DNA of 63,561 nt, filler included, from Octopus bimaculoides (Eukaryota): assembly GCF_001194135.2 (NCBI RefSeq). It is 5 parts of 5 records of this genome, joined end to end, with 100 filler letters (N's around TTAATTAATTAA, not from the genome) between each part and the next. Parts side by side here need not be neighbours in the genome. Positions count along the whole stretch, not along the records: positions 19,458 to 50,874 come from NC_069005.1; 4 more parts are not named here. One strand, given 5' to 3'. Both the position numbers and the translations under genes were made by a program. The notes beneath the pieces are model-generated. The model saw nothing but the letters and a program-made list of their open reading frames with translations, had not been told where the DNA came from and did no database searches. Below are positions 22,540 to 34,410 of the stretch, one piece after another. How positions within the stretch are numbered: position 1 is the first letter of the stretch; each line of letters opens with the position of its first letter.

Positions 22540-25500
22540 GTTTCTGTATTTGTTTGGACCCTCGTGGAGCTATGTTCGGCCCACCAAATAATTTCGATGA
22601 GTGTTTAATTATATACAATTCAACAAGATGGTGGAGCACATCTTGAAAGAGTTAAGAAAAAAATTGCCCCTCCTACAGGTCTAGTGACTGCTGAAGATTT
22701 CCTTCCATACTGGCAACAATACAGGAGAGGGATAGGAGAAAATGGAGGGAGTAAAAGTACAAAGTCCACCTCATAGTAACAGCCATGGTAGGAGTGACAG
22801 CAACAGCAGCAACGGTGGTAGTAACAGTAGTAGCAGAGGCAGTAGTTTCATTAACAAAGCTATGGATTTTAGCAGAAAAAATAATCCTACAATTGAAGGT
22901 GGAGCAGAGGGAAATAGCGGTGAGTGGTGGTAAGAGTAGTAATGGTGGAGTGGTCACAACTACACCACCACCCCAACAATAACAGCAGCAGCAGCAGTAA
23001 CAACAAAAATAAAAGGTTTGCTAATGTAGTGAACAGAAAAAGAGATATGTGTATCACAAAAAAGTAGGAAAGCTGAAATAGCCTCCATTAGTCATTTTGA
23101 GAAGACCCTCAGAGAAATTTTAATAGATATGACCCATATACAGAGAGGGAGGCAGTTTACCAGCATTGATGCCCTCTTTAAAAGTGAAGACCTTGCATGA
23201 AGACATGCAGTGTCACCCCAGTGGGTCTTGTATCCCACCTACCTCTTAAAGAGAATGACCAGAATTAGGGTAAATGGTGTGCCACTGGATGTAAACATCT
23301 TGTGGACTGTCGCCTGTGTGGTGCACGACTCAGAGTCCCTCCTGGAGGTAAAGAGGAGCAGGGAGAATCAACTGGTGTGGATCAACTTGAAAATATTAAT
23401 CTATGTGAAACCAGAAATTTCGAGAAGATCCCGAACCTGATCCAGCTGCCCAATGGGGTGGAACTGTGTGTTGTCATGAAAGGCAGGAAACCCAGATGTG
23501 ACATCTAAGAGGCCACAAGCCACCTGAGAACCTTCTGCCCTCAAAAGTTGGGAAGTATGCAGCCACACCAGCAACCTATATCGCACCCCCAACAACAACA
23601 ACAACGACAGAGATCTTTTAATAAAACGGTAGCCTCATCTCCAACAATATCAGAGGTATGTGAACTCCACAGAATGGAGAAAACCACCCAGGGCATGTCA
23701 AACCATCCACCTCACCCTCTCTCTCCAGCATACACTCACACTACCAGAGACACACTCTCACTCCCCGAGACAGATCCTACAGGCACTAGTCCCTTCTCAT
23801 CCTGTAGTGAAGATGAGGAAGAATCTAACAAAGCAACAAAAAAAAAATATATAAATAAAAAAACGTAAAAGACAAGAGAAAAGGAACACAGATGAATCTA
23901 CACCAGCACCTTAAAACACAGAAACCCTCAGCACATCAAACATAGACTCAGCAAAAACAACACCAGCAACACCAACCCCACAACCACCACCACCCCAACC
24001 AAATCCACCAAAGCACTCACAACCACATGTAGCCCCAAAAGAAAGCTCAGAGTCACCAATACAAAAATACCAAATTATGTGCTCGTGAGGAAAGCCAACA
24101 AAAATTTGTTGGCTCTCATAGCCAGAAACAAGGAAATTGAGAGAGAGGGTGCAATTTACGACACTAGCATCCTTAGGGATTCGGATCACTTGATGCTAAT
24201 TTGGCTACCCCTCAAAGAACACAAAGAAATTCAGAGGGATTTCCCACATGACATGAGAAGGTCAAATATCAGCGCCATGAAGAGGCTTTAGCTGGTTTCC
24301 CAGAGAACCAGATATGGAGTTCGGGTCACCAGGCTGCCAACAGCGACAGGAGGGTAAGTAACCTTGCTCTTTTTTTCTTTTGTTCAACCCTTCCGAGCCG
24401 TCATGGCGATTGTCAGGGTGGGCTGCATAAATGTTCATGGCCTGAGGTCACCTTGGAAGCAAGGTCACTTGCTCAATGACCTCAGATCACTAGGTTTGGA
24501 TGTGATAGCAGCCAGTGAGACCAGGATTTCCAATACATGTGATCTTGCACCAATTTTCGATGATTTTGAGATCTATGCATCTCTTAGTCAGCCCAGAATG
24601 GGAGGTGGGGTGGCAGTACTGTTTAGGAAAGGCCTGGATCTCAAAGTTCAGATGATCTTCCTGAACACATAGGGTGGTTCTAGACATGAGCAACAATGAA
24701 GGTGGTGCCTTTAGACTAGTCACTGTTTACATCTCCATGGGGGTGGGGCAGGCAGATTTCTTCAGATGTTTGGAGGTTTTCCTTGGGATGTCATGCTCTC
24801 TNNNNNNNNNNNNNNNNNNNNNNNNNNNNNNNNNNNNNNNNNNNNNNNNNNNNNNNNNNNNNNNNNNNNNNNNNNNNNNNNNNNNNNNNNNNNNNNNNNN
24901 NNNNNNNNNNNNNNNNNNNNNNNNNNNNNNNNNNNNNNNNNNNNNNNNNNNNNNNNNNNNNNNNNNNNNNNNNNNNNNNNNNNNNNNNNNNNNNNNNNNN
25001 NNNNNNNNNNNNNNNNNNNNNNNNNNNNNNNNNNNNNNNNNNNNNNNNNNNNNNNNNNNNNNNNNNNNNNNNNNNNNNNNNNNNNNNNNNNNNNNNNNNN
25101 NNNNNNNNNNNNNNNNNNNNNNNNNNNNNNNNNNNNNNNNNNNNNNNNNNNNNNNNNNNNNNNNNNNNNNNNNNNNNNNNNNNNNNNNNNNNNNNNNNNN
25201 NNNNNNNNNNNNNNNNNNNNNNNNNNNNNNNNNNNNNNNNNNNNNNNNNNNNNNNNNNNNNNNNNNNNNNNNNNNNNNNNNNNNNNNNNNNNNNNNNNNN
25301 NNNNNNNNNNNNNNNNNNNNNNNNNNNNNNNNNNNNNNNNNNNNNNNNNNNNNNNNNNNNNNNNNNNNNNNNNNNNNNNNNNNNNNNNNNNNNNNNNNNN
25401 NNNNNNNNNNNNNNNNNNNNNNNNNNNNNNNNNNNNNNNNNNNNNNNNNNNNNNNNNNNNNNNNNNNNNNNNNNNNNNNNNNNNNNNNNNNNNNNNNNNN

Positions 25501-25925
25501 NNNNNNNNNNNNNNNNNNNNNNNNNNNNNNNNNNNNNNNNNNNNNNNNNNNNNNNNNNNNNNNNNNNNNNNNNNNNNNNNNNNNNNNNNNNNNNNNNNNN
25601 NNNNNNNNNNNNNNNNNNNNNCCCCCCCAGTAATTTTGTTGAAAGGTGGGTGAATGTTGCAAAGATGGCTCGTGTGAATGGGCCTACTCTGAATATTTGT
25701 CTGTAATTCTGAGCAATTGAGGGGAAGAGGGGTACCTATCTGGCATGCCCTTGGCAGTGGGGGTGACTAGGTTGTGTGGGGTGCCCTGGTTCGAACTCGC
25801 CCCTATTGGGGAATTTTGTTTCGTTTTTTAAACTTTTTGTTTACACGTTCTCTGTTTTAAACCCCACTTGTCCCTATATACTTTTGCCTTCAGCCCTTGT
25901 GGCCAATAAAGGATTATTACAATGC
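22540..25925 (+). mobile_element. L1/Tx1-like LINE: decayed ORF1 with zinc knuckle, ORF2 APE endonuclease start, gap, 3' UTR
   Basis: ORF1 remnant ends RKPRCDI*EATSHLRTFCP (decayed CCHC knuckle). ORF2 begins MAIVRVGCINVHGLRS...LDVIAASET...GGGVAVLFRKGL...FRLVTVY (APE motifs). 3' end ...cagcccttgtggccAATAAAggattatt. The 5' boundary is approximate and the RT lies in or is lost at the gap. Confidence 0.85.
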
Positions 25926-25946
25926 CTTGTGCATACACTGGAATGG

Positions 25947-25974
<28 letters not shown>

Positions 25975-25978
<4 letters not shown>

Positions 25979-26590
25979 GGTGAACTGGCAGAATTGTGAG
26001 AGAATTCAACAAAATGTTTCCTCCAATTCTTTCTGTTCTGAATTCAAATCCTACAGAGGTCAACGTTGCTTGTTATCCCTCTTGGGTCAATAAAATAAAA
26101 TACTAGTCAAGTACTGCAGGTGATGCTAGTGACCACTCCGCCTCCTACTCAAAAATTGTTGTCTTTGTGCTCAAATCAGAAAACCATTATCGTCATCATC
26201 ATCAAGGCAGCGAGCTGGCAGAATCATTAGCATGCAGGGCAAAATGCTTAGTGGTATTTTGTCCATCCATACGTTCCGAGTTCAAATTCCACCAAGGTCA
26301 ACTTTGCCTTTCGTCCTTTCGGAGTCAATGTGATCGACTATCGCCCCCCCCCCAATCCAGGCCTTGTGCCTATAATAGAAAGGATTATCATCATCATCAC
26401 TGTGGAAATGCTGGCAGAATCATTAGCATGCCAGGGAAAATGCTTAAACAGCATTTCATTTGTCTTCGTGTTCTGAGTTCAAATTCTGCCGAGGTTGACT
26501 TTGTCTTTTATCCTTTGTCTTTTATCCAGTTGATCATTAGGGTTGACATAACCAACTTGCTGGCCTTGTGCCAAAATTTGAAACCATTAT
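25975..26590 (+). mobile_element. Array of three SINE family B copies
   Basis: Repeated gctggcagaatc...agttcaaatt...ctttgcc units, each following an (ATT)n or (CAT)n tract. Confidence 0.8.
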
Positions 26591-26602
26591 CATTTACACT
26601 GG

Positions 26603-27061
26603 ACTGATAGGCATCCTCTCCTTGTTTGTTGTTACATTTCGGCTGATGTATTCTCCAGCCTTCATCTGGTGGAACTTCAAACCCACTCCTTTATTTGACT
26701 AATAGGATATTCTATTCTCATTCCTGAGGTATTCTTTTTTTTTTTTTTTTTTTTTTTGTTGATATTATTTCCCAAGTCCCTGCCTGGGATCAAACTCAGA
26801 ATCTGAGGGTTAGTAGCCCGTGCTCTTATCCACTGTACTATATGCCCATGAATAAGAGTGTGGGCTACTAACCCTAGGATTCTGTCCCAGGAAGGGACTT
26901 GGGAAATCATATCAACAAAAAAAATATTAAAAAAACAAAGAATACAACAGATCACCCAATTAGTCAAATAAAGGGTTGGATTTGAAATTCCACCAGAACA
27001 CCTGATGAGGGCTGGAGAGTACATCAGCCGAAATGTGGTAACAAGGTGAGGACACCTATCC
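26603..27061. repeat. Inverted pair of about 80-bp Penelope-like terminal repeats, each carrying a degenerate hammerhead motif
   Basis: 26603-26682 is the reverse complement of 26977-27061. The plus copy reads CTGATGA G GGCTG gagagtacat CAGCC GAAA (27002-27033); the minus copy reads CAGATGA A GGCTG gagaatacat CAGCC GAAA (26668-26637). Confidence 0.7.
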
Positions 27062-27429
27062 ATCCATTGTAAATAATGTACATAATTCCTCATCTCAACT
27101 TTGCCTTTCATCCCTTCATGGGTCAATAAGTTTCAGTCAAGCACTGGGGTTGATGTAATCAATTAGTCTCCTCCCCAAAATTTCAGGTCTTGTGCCTATA
27201 GTAGTAGAATTATTATTACAAGTAGTATCCATGGAAATTCCAGTTATTTTGAAAATTGTATACTTTTCTGAAGCATTTGATTCTTGAGTAAATGTGACAA
27301 TCCACATAGGCAGTATAGAAGGGGCAATTCAATCAACCAATCTACCGGCATATCTACCTACCTATGTATATCTATCTGCCTACCTACATACCTGTCTATC
27401 TATCTGAAAAATTATTGAAAAAAAAAGTC

Positions 27430-28278
27430 TAAGCTCTTACCTCTGCTGGCGACAAAGGGACTCTCACTCAGGGTAAAAGGCAGACTGTATGACGCATGTG
27501 CACGAACAGCCATGCTACATGACAGTGAAACATGGGCTGTGACTGCTGAGGACATGCGTAAGCTCGCAAGGAATGAAGCCAGTATGCTCCGCTGGATGTG
27601 TAGTGTAAATGTGCATACCCATCAGAGTGTAAGTATCTTGAGAGAAAAGCTGAACATAAGAAGCATCAGTTGTGGTGTGCAAGAGAGACGATTGCGCTGG
27701 TTTGGACATGTGGTGAGAATGAATGAGGATAGCTGCGTGAAAAAGTGCCACACCCTAACAGTTGAGGGAACCCGTGGNNNNNNNNNNNNNNNNNNNNNNN
27801 NNNNNNNNNNNNNNNNNNNNNNNNNNNNNNNNNNNNNNNNNNNNNNNNNNNNNNNNNNNNNNNNNNNNNNNNNNNNNNNNNNNNNNNNNNNNNNNNNNNN
27901 NNNNNNNNNNNNNNNNNNNNNNNNNNNNNNNNNNNNNNNNNNNNNNGTACCATCCTGAGCGTGACCGTTGCCAGTACCGCCTGACTGGCCTTGTAGGGTT
28001 TTCGAGCGAAATCATTGCCAGTGCCCCTGGACTGGCTCTTGTGCGGGTGGCACATAAAAGACACCATTTCGAGCATGGCCGTTTTCGTGCGGGTGACACG
28101 TAAAAGCACCCACTACACTCTGAGTGGTTGGCGTTAGGAAGGGCATCCAGCTGTAGAAACTCTGCCAAATTAGATTGGAGCCTGGTGTTGCCATCCGGTT
28201 TCACCAGTCCTCAGTCAAATTGTCCAACCCATGCTAGCATGGAAAGCGGACGTTAAACGATGATGATGATGATGATGA
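27430..28278 (+). mobile_element. RTE-clade LINE, 5'-truncated, with 3' UTR and (GAT)n tail
   Basis: ORF MLHDSETWAVTAEDMRKLARNEASMLRWMCSV...RRLRWFGHVVRMNEDSCVKKC; tail ggaaagcggacgttaaacgatgatgatgat. Confidence 0.9.
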
Positions 28279-28509
28279 ATATTCTGCAGTTGTTTTTTCT
28301 TGGTAACAATAAAAAGAAAGCATTTTTCATTTGTGTGCATGTGTCAATAAAAACGTGTAAGTGTACCTAGCTAGACAATGTACTTTTCCCCTACATTTGG
28401 TTACCCTGTTAGTATGAAATTCGTTGTTTTTGGATATTGCATTATGTTTATGTGATGATTGTTTAGGTGTGGAAGAAGAGGAAGGGAGTTGTGGTCAGGG
28501 AGTAGATTC

Positions 28510-29110
28510 GATGAAAGCCTACTTAAGTCAATCAACACGGACAGTTTCCTGTCTCCCCTAAATGTCTAAAGACATATACTTTGGTTTAGCTTTCAACATG
28601 TGGTACGGGCTGGAACAAACTGCCAGCAAGGGTACTTAACTGCATCGTTTCATACAAATGTGTGAGTCCAATACTGATATGGGGTTGAACAAAAGTTAAT
28701 AATGAGACTATGGTCTCATTATTAATGCAGGTAACTCGACCATGTAATTTCACAGCTGATGAATATACTTGGTAGAATCATGTTGTTGAGTACCTGTAAC
28801 CAATATCATTTGACCAGACAGTTTAAGTGCCGAACCATATAGTAACTCTGCCAGGGAGTGACCTAGGTCTTCCTCAACAGCCATACATAAACACAGTAAC
28901 ACAACTGGCAGGGCTTCTATCCAATTCAGAATGTGCTAGTAAAACTGCTTTAAGCTGTCAATGAAAACATTCTGTCCTTCTGTTAGATGAATTTGACGCA
29001 TAGTTAACAGGTTAGATAGGTCAGTAAAAAGACTAGATTCAAACTGACAAACCTGTGTTGGTCATTATTGTCATAGTAATGCACTAGAGGACATATTTTC
29101 TAAATGTAAA
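28510..29110 (-). mobile_element. Gypsy/Ty3 LTR-retrotransposon integrase remnant
   Basis: Minus strand with frameshifts: QFESSLFTDLSNLL...TECFH*QLKAVL...NWIEALPVVLLCL...EEDLGHSLAELLYGSALKLSGQ...THTFV*NDAVK...LDI*GRQETVRVD*LK*AF, matching the Gypsy integrase core C-terminal half and downstream domain. Confidence 0.8.
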
Positions 29111-29667
29111 AAATGTGATTTATAACGGTTAAGAAGAAAATCTCCAGAAACATTTCTTCTATATTTTGAATTCTTTATGAATATGTCGATAACATAACAC
29201 TAGGAATTCAAAAATTGTATCACCACAGATATAGTTCAAATTTCTCTTAGAAGACAACATAACATGAAAAGAAATAGTGACATACATAGAAAGGATGGGG
29301 TGAAAGAAAGAATTAAGAGAAAGAAAAAGAAGACATTGATGTAACACTTATGACAGATTTTCAAACAGAATGTCAATGGTGGTTTTTAAAATATACATTT
29401 CTGTGTTAAGAAAAAGGCACAACTGAACATATGAATTTGTACTGTTATCTTTTATCTTTTACTTGTTTCAGTCATTTGATTGTGGCCATGCTAGGTCACT
29501 GCCTTGAAGGGTTTTTAGTCAAATGTATTGACCCTAGTACTTACTTTTTAAAAGCTTGGTACTTATTCTATCAGTATCTTTTGCCAAACTGCTAAGTTAC
29601 GGGGATGTAAACACACCAGCACCAGTGGTCAAGTAATGGTGGGTAGCAAACACAGACACAAACATGT

Positions 29668-31045
29668 ATATCATCATCATCATTTAACGTCTGTTTTCCA
29701 TGCTAGCATGGGTTGGACGGTTCGACCTGGGTCTGGGAAGCCAGGAGGCTGCACCAGACTCCAGTCTGATCTGGCAGTGTTTCTACAGCTGGATGCCCTT
29801 CCTAATGCCAACCACTCCATAAGTGTAGTGGGTGCTTTTTATGTGCCACTGGCACAGGGGCCAGGGGAGGCTGGCAACGGTCACAATCAGTTGGTGCTTT
29901 TTACGTGCCACCGGCACAGGTATCACAACTACAATTTCCATTTGATTTTTATTTTGATATTGATGTACTTGACTCAATAGGTCTCCTCAAGCACAGGAGG
30001 TCGCCCTATGATCCAAGGTAAGCACAGCAGGTCGTCCTACGATCCAAGGTACTTTTGAATGGGCTGGGGCTGGTTATGCAACACTGGTGTAGGATACAGC
30101 CGTGAATTTACTTTGTCAGGTCTTCGCAGTCACAGCACATCTCCAGAGGTTTCGGTCTTTTGTCATTGCCTCTGTGAGGCCCAACATTTGAAGGTCGTGC
30201 TTGACCACCTCATCCCATATCTCCCTGGGTCTACCTCTACCCTGGATTTCTTGAACTGTTTGCATGTCTCCCTGGGTCTACCTCTACCCCGGATTCCTTC
30301 CACTGTTTGGGAGTGGCACTTCTTCACACATCTCTCCTCATTCATCTGTAGTAAATGACCATACCAGCGCAAAAGTCTCTCTTGCTCGCCACATCCAATG
30401 CTTCTTATGTCCAACATTTCTCTCAGGGCACTTACACCCTGTCGTGTGTGCACACTGACATTACACATCCAGCGGATCATGCTAACTTCATTTCTTTTGA
30501 GCTTACACGTGTCCTCACTACTAACTTGGTCACCTAGGTAGCAGAAGCTATCAGCTACTTCTAGTAGCTGTGATGGAATCTGTTTTCTGAACATCTGTGG
30601 TGTTTATTACCCCTGTGCATCTGCCACACNNNNNNNNNNNNNNNNNNNNNNNNNNNNNNNNNNNNNNNNNNNNNNNNNNNNNNNNNNNNNNNNNNNNNNN
30701 NNNNNNNNNNNNNNNNNNNNNNNNNNNNNNNNNNNNNNNNNNNNNNNNNNNNNNNNNNNNNNNNNNNNNNNNNNNNNNNNNNNNNNNNNNNNNNNNNNNN
30801 NNNNNNNNNNNNNNNTACTAGAACTTTGGTCTTTGCAACATTGACACTAAGGCCCTTTGATTCTAAACCTTGCTTCCACACCAAAAATTTCTTCTCTAGT
30901 TCTGGTAGTGATTCTGCTATGAGGGCCAGGTCATCAGCATAGAGGAGCTCCCAGGGGCAACCCGTCTTGAATTCCTCTGTTATTGCTTGGAGGACTATGA
31001 TGAATAAAAGGGGACTGAGGCCTGAACCTTGGTGGACCCCACAAC
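29668..31045 (-). mobile_element. RTE-clade LINE with RT core, internal deletion, 3' UTR and tail
   Basis: RT motifs GVHQGSGLSPLLFIIVL...WELLYADDLALIAES...VNVAKTKVLV, then LEVADSFCYLGD and LLRWYGH...RGRPRET; (GAT)n tail at about 29670. Confidence 0.9.
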
Positions 31046-31180
31046 AGGCTTCTTTCAGTTTCCATCTACCAAATCCACTCACAAGGCTTTGGTTGGTCTA
31101 AGGCTATAGTAGAAGACACTTGCCCAAGGTGCCATGCAATAGGATTGAACCCCAAACCATGAGGTTGGGAAGCAAGCTTC
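31045..31180 (-). mobile_element. SINE family A fragment abutting the RTE 5' end
   Basis: ggcttctttcagtttccatctaccaaatccactcacaaggc...gacacttgcccaaggtgcc. Confidence 0.8.
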
Positions 31181-31416
31181 TTATTTCTTTATTGCCCACA
31201 AGGGGCTAAACATAGAGGGGACAAACAAGGACAGACAAAGGGATAAAGTCAATTAGATCGAACTCCAGTACACAACTGGTACTTAATTTATCAATCACCG
31301 TAAGGACGAAAGGCAAAGTCAACCTTGGCGGAATTTGAACTCAGAACGTAATGGCAGATGAAATACCTCTAAGCATTTCGCCCGGCGTGCTAACGCTTCT
31401 GCCAGCTCACCGCCTT
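31181..31416 (-). mobile_element. Full-length, well-preserved SINE family B
   Basis: Minus: aaggcggtgagctggcagaagcgttagcacgccgggcgaaatgc...gagttcaaattccgcc...ttgtcccctctatgtttagccccttgtgggcAATAAAgaaataa. Confidence 0.88.
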
Positions 31417-31689
31417 CTTACCATACAGCTACACCTGTACCTATTGTTGTACCTACCTATCTATCACTTTCTCCCTAATAATATAGACCCCCCCCTCTCT
31501 TGCGCACGTGTTTTTCTTTTCTGTTTTTTTCACTGATTCCACTATTCCTGTATCGTTTCTTTCTTTGTTTCCCTTTCTCCCCTTCCTCTCCCTTTCTATA
31601 TTTCTACATTTGAGTTATTACTTCCTCTGATGGTGTAAGCATAACACACAGAAAAGACAGAAAAATATTAGAATGATGTTTGGATTTTG

Positions 31690-32010
31690 CTTTGTGTTTG
31701 TACGAGTGGAGTCCAAGTCTTATCCAAAGACCTCAAGAAACAGCAAGTTTGAAGTTCCAGTGGGCATTGTGACTGAGATGGTTGATAATTGCCATGCTTT
31801 GGAGGGAAGAACATAATTTGGTAAGAGGAGTTTGTGTTTCAATGTTGTGCTTTGTGTTCATGAGAAGTGTTGTTTTAGAAAATGAGCTTCTGGTGATATG
31901 TAAAAAATGATTGTTTTGGAATTATAAAGACAGCATTTTTCATAGGATATGAGCAGTACCCATGATTACTATTTTCTGAATGTCTTCCATTTTAAAATTC
32001 CTGGGATTTG
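31690..32010 (-). mobile_element. 3' fragment of a second restriction-like-endonuclease (RLE) LINE
   Basis: Minus strand EDIQKIVIMGTAHIL, the typical C-terminus of RLE-type non-LTR ORFs, followed by a probable 3' UTR. Confidence 0.55.
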
Positions 32011-32094
32011 AGATAAATAATAATTAGCCTTTTTCGTTATTATTCCTAAGGCATCTAGTCTTGAGTTTACTCATTTTGCCAATTTTTATTTCAT

Positions 32095-33023
32095 GATTAT
32101 TATTGTGAGATTCAACTTTGAATTTTGTTTCCATTTCTTGCTGAGTGTCTTCCTGACACCTAGGGCCAAAAAAAAATAATCACTGTATACATTGGTAGGC
32201 CATTAATATAAACACACTAGATTGTTCATGCACGAAGTCATGTGATAGGAAAAAAAGAATGAAAGAAAAAATGAAAAAAGATACCAGATAAATTTTTTGC
32301 ACTTCTTGTATGGGTAACAAACCAGGGATCATTCTCAAAAAGTTTTCAGTTCCTTTTTTAATCATTCCAAGTGCTCCTACAATCACTGGTACTGTAACTG
32401 CCTTGAGATGCCACATTTTTAAAATTACAACGAACAAATCTTTATATTTTCTGAGCTTGTTAAATTCTTTTGCCAAAATATGATCACAAGGAATGCTCAT
32501 GTCGATCAATAAACAGATTTTATTGTTTTGGTCTTTCATAACAATATCTGGTTCATTAGCCTTAGTGGTTTTGTGTGTATGCACTGAAAAGTCCCTGAGA
32601 ATAGTTACATTTTCTTCCTCAGTTACAGCCTCAGGGTGGCGCTTATCCAATTTGTCAACAGCTTTGATTTTAGAATGCCAACATATCAACCAGTGTAGAT
32701 ATTGACCAACTCTGTCATATCAACCAGTGTAGATATTGACCAACTCTGTCATGTCTTGAGATATACTCCATTGGTGCTAAAACCTTACATCCAGAGATTA
32801 AGTGATCTACTGTTTCAATCTCATTGTTGCAGAATTAACACTGTGAGTCAACTTCATGTTTCATCACATTGGCTTGGTAATGCTGGGTCAATAAGCTTTG
32901 ATCTTTAGCAGCTAAGATGAAGATTTCACTCCCTGCCTTTAGCCCTGAGCTCCATAGCCACTGATAGGTGTGCTTCTGGCCTACATCAGTTTGTTTGCCA
33001 TGGGCCACACAATTATTATTATT
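32095..33023 (-). mobile_element. 5'-truncated RLE-type non-LTR retrotransposon (R4/Dong-like)
   Basis: Minus: DSQC*FCNNEIETVDHLISGC (CCHC knuckle), then ANEPDIVMKD...LLIDMSIPCD...KLRKYKDL...KMWHLKAVTVPVIVGALG (PD-(D/E)xK nuclease). Contains an internal 35-bp tandem duplication at about 32683-32752 and has (AAT)n at both ends. Confidence 0.85.
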
Positions 33024-33079
33024 AAGTGGCAAACATATAGTCAATTAACACAAATTAACTGGCTCTATCACAATCACAA

Positions 33080-33902
33080 TATATAAAAACAATTGTTTTA
33101 TTAATTAAACGGATTGCTTAAAACAGTAACAAAACACATTGAACATGAAAGAAAAAAATTCGGGACATTAGAACATTGAAAAATATTTCTAGAACTTAAT
33201 AAATGATCCATTGTCTTTGGAATGTAATAAATTGTTTGGGCAACTTGCCCAGTAGAATTTTATATAAACATTTTGTTCAGTTTTCTTTTGTTTGTTTTTT
33301 TTTCTTTTTTAAACATGAAAGCTCTTACTTTCAGGCCTACAGCTATGTGCTTGTCCATTCCCTTGCAGTAGAGCCATTTGAATGAATATTAAAAATGCTA
33401 ATTAAGACTTTAAAAAATGCCATATTGACAATGTTTCGACGAAAAGGCAACACACAACTGTTAATTTTAAAGAGTCAACAAGTAGAAAATTACACAATGT
33501 TTAAACAAAATATCACAAAAGATAACAAGAAACAAGGAAACATTTAAATACAATGTACAATGGTCACTTGTATAATGTTTTCTCAAACAACACATAAAAA
33601 ATGGGGTTTTTAACAGAAATGTTTGTTTTTAACAAAAATATAAATAAACAATATCCAATTATCATTTTGTTGCTAACACCAAAATATGGGGAATGAAAAT
33701 GGGGAGGAAAGATAATAACTGACGATGCAATATGAAAAGTGTCTTTTTTTTCAATGTAAACAGGAAAAACATATACAAAGAGAAACTGTTTTAACGATGT
33801 TATAACGAATGAAAAATCATAAATGAACAAGACTTCCATCTTTTATTAATAAACAGCCATTTGAAAATATTTGTCTCCGTCTTCTCCAGAAGTTCTTTTG
33901 TC
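33080..33902 (-). other. Candidate 3'-terminal (UTR) exon, probably of the zinc-finger gene
   Basis: Strong acceptor gtttttcttttcttgcAG (33904-33903); repeat-free U-rich body; AATAAA at 33847-33842 and 33102-33097, the latter followed by a TG-rich downstream element. Confidence 0.5.
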
Positions 33903-34014
33903 CTGCAAGAAAAGAAAAACACTGGATTACTGAAATGTTCTACCATAAGACATAGAATAAGCAAATAATGTATAGGAACAAGAACAAATGGTTTCGTGAG
34001 AATTGATGGGGGAA

Positions 34015-34410
34015 TCATCATCATCATTTAACGTCTGTTTTCCATGCTGTTCATAGGTTGGAAAGGAGCTTGAATGGAGCTGGCCAGGCTCCATGTCTGT
34101 TGTGCTGAGTGCTTTTATGCAGCACTGGCTTGGATGTATTTACATGGCACTGGTACAGGTGCTTTTTAAATAGCGCCAGCACCAACAAGCCAACAAGATT
34201 AGGAATGTTCAGCTAGAGAGAGATGCAGAAGACATGCAAGGACCACCTCAATTTTACTTAGCCTGAAGTGTCTTCTAAAGCACAGCAAACCACCAGGAGT
34301 CTCGATCCTATGTCATCCCCTCTGTGAGGCCCAACATCTGAAGACTCTTTTTCACCACTTTGTTGCATGTCTTCCCAGGTCTAACTCTTCCATATGTTCC
34401 CTCCACAATA
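34015..34410 (-). mobile_element. Degenerate RTE 3' end with tail
   Basis: catcatcatcatttaacgtctgttttccatgc tail plus a segment homologous to 30160-30290. Confidence 0.7.
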
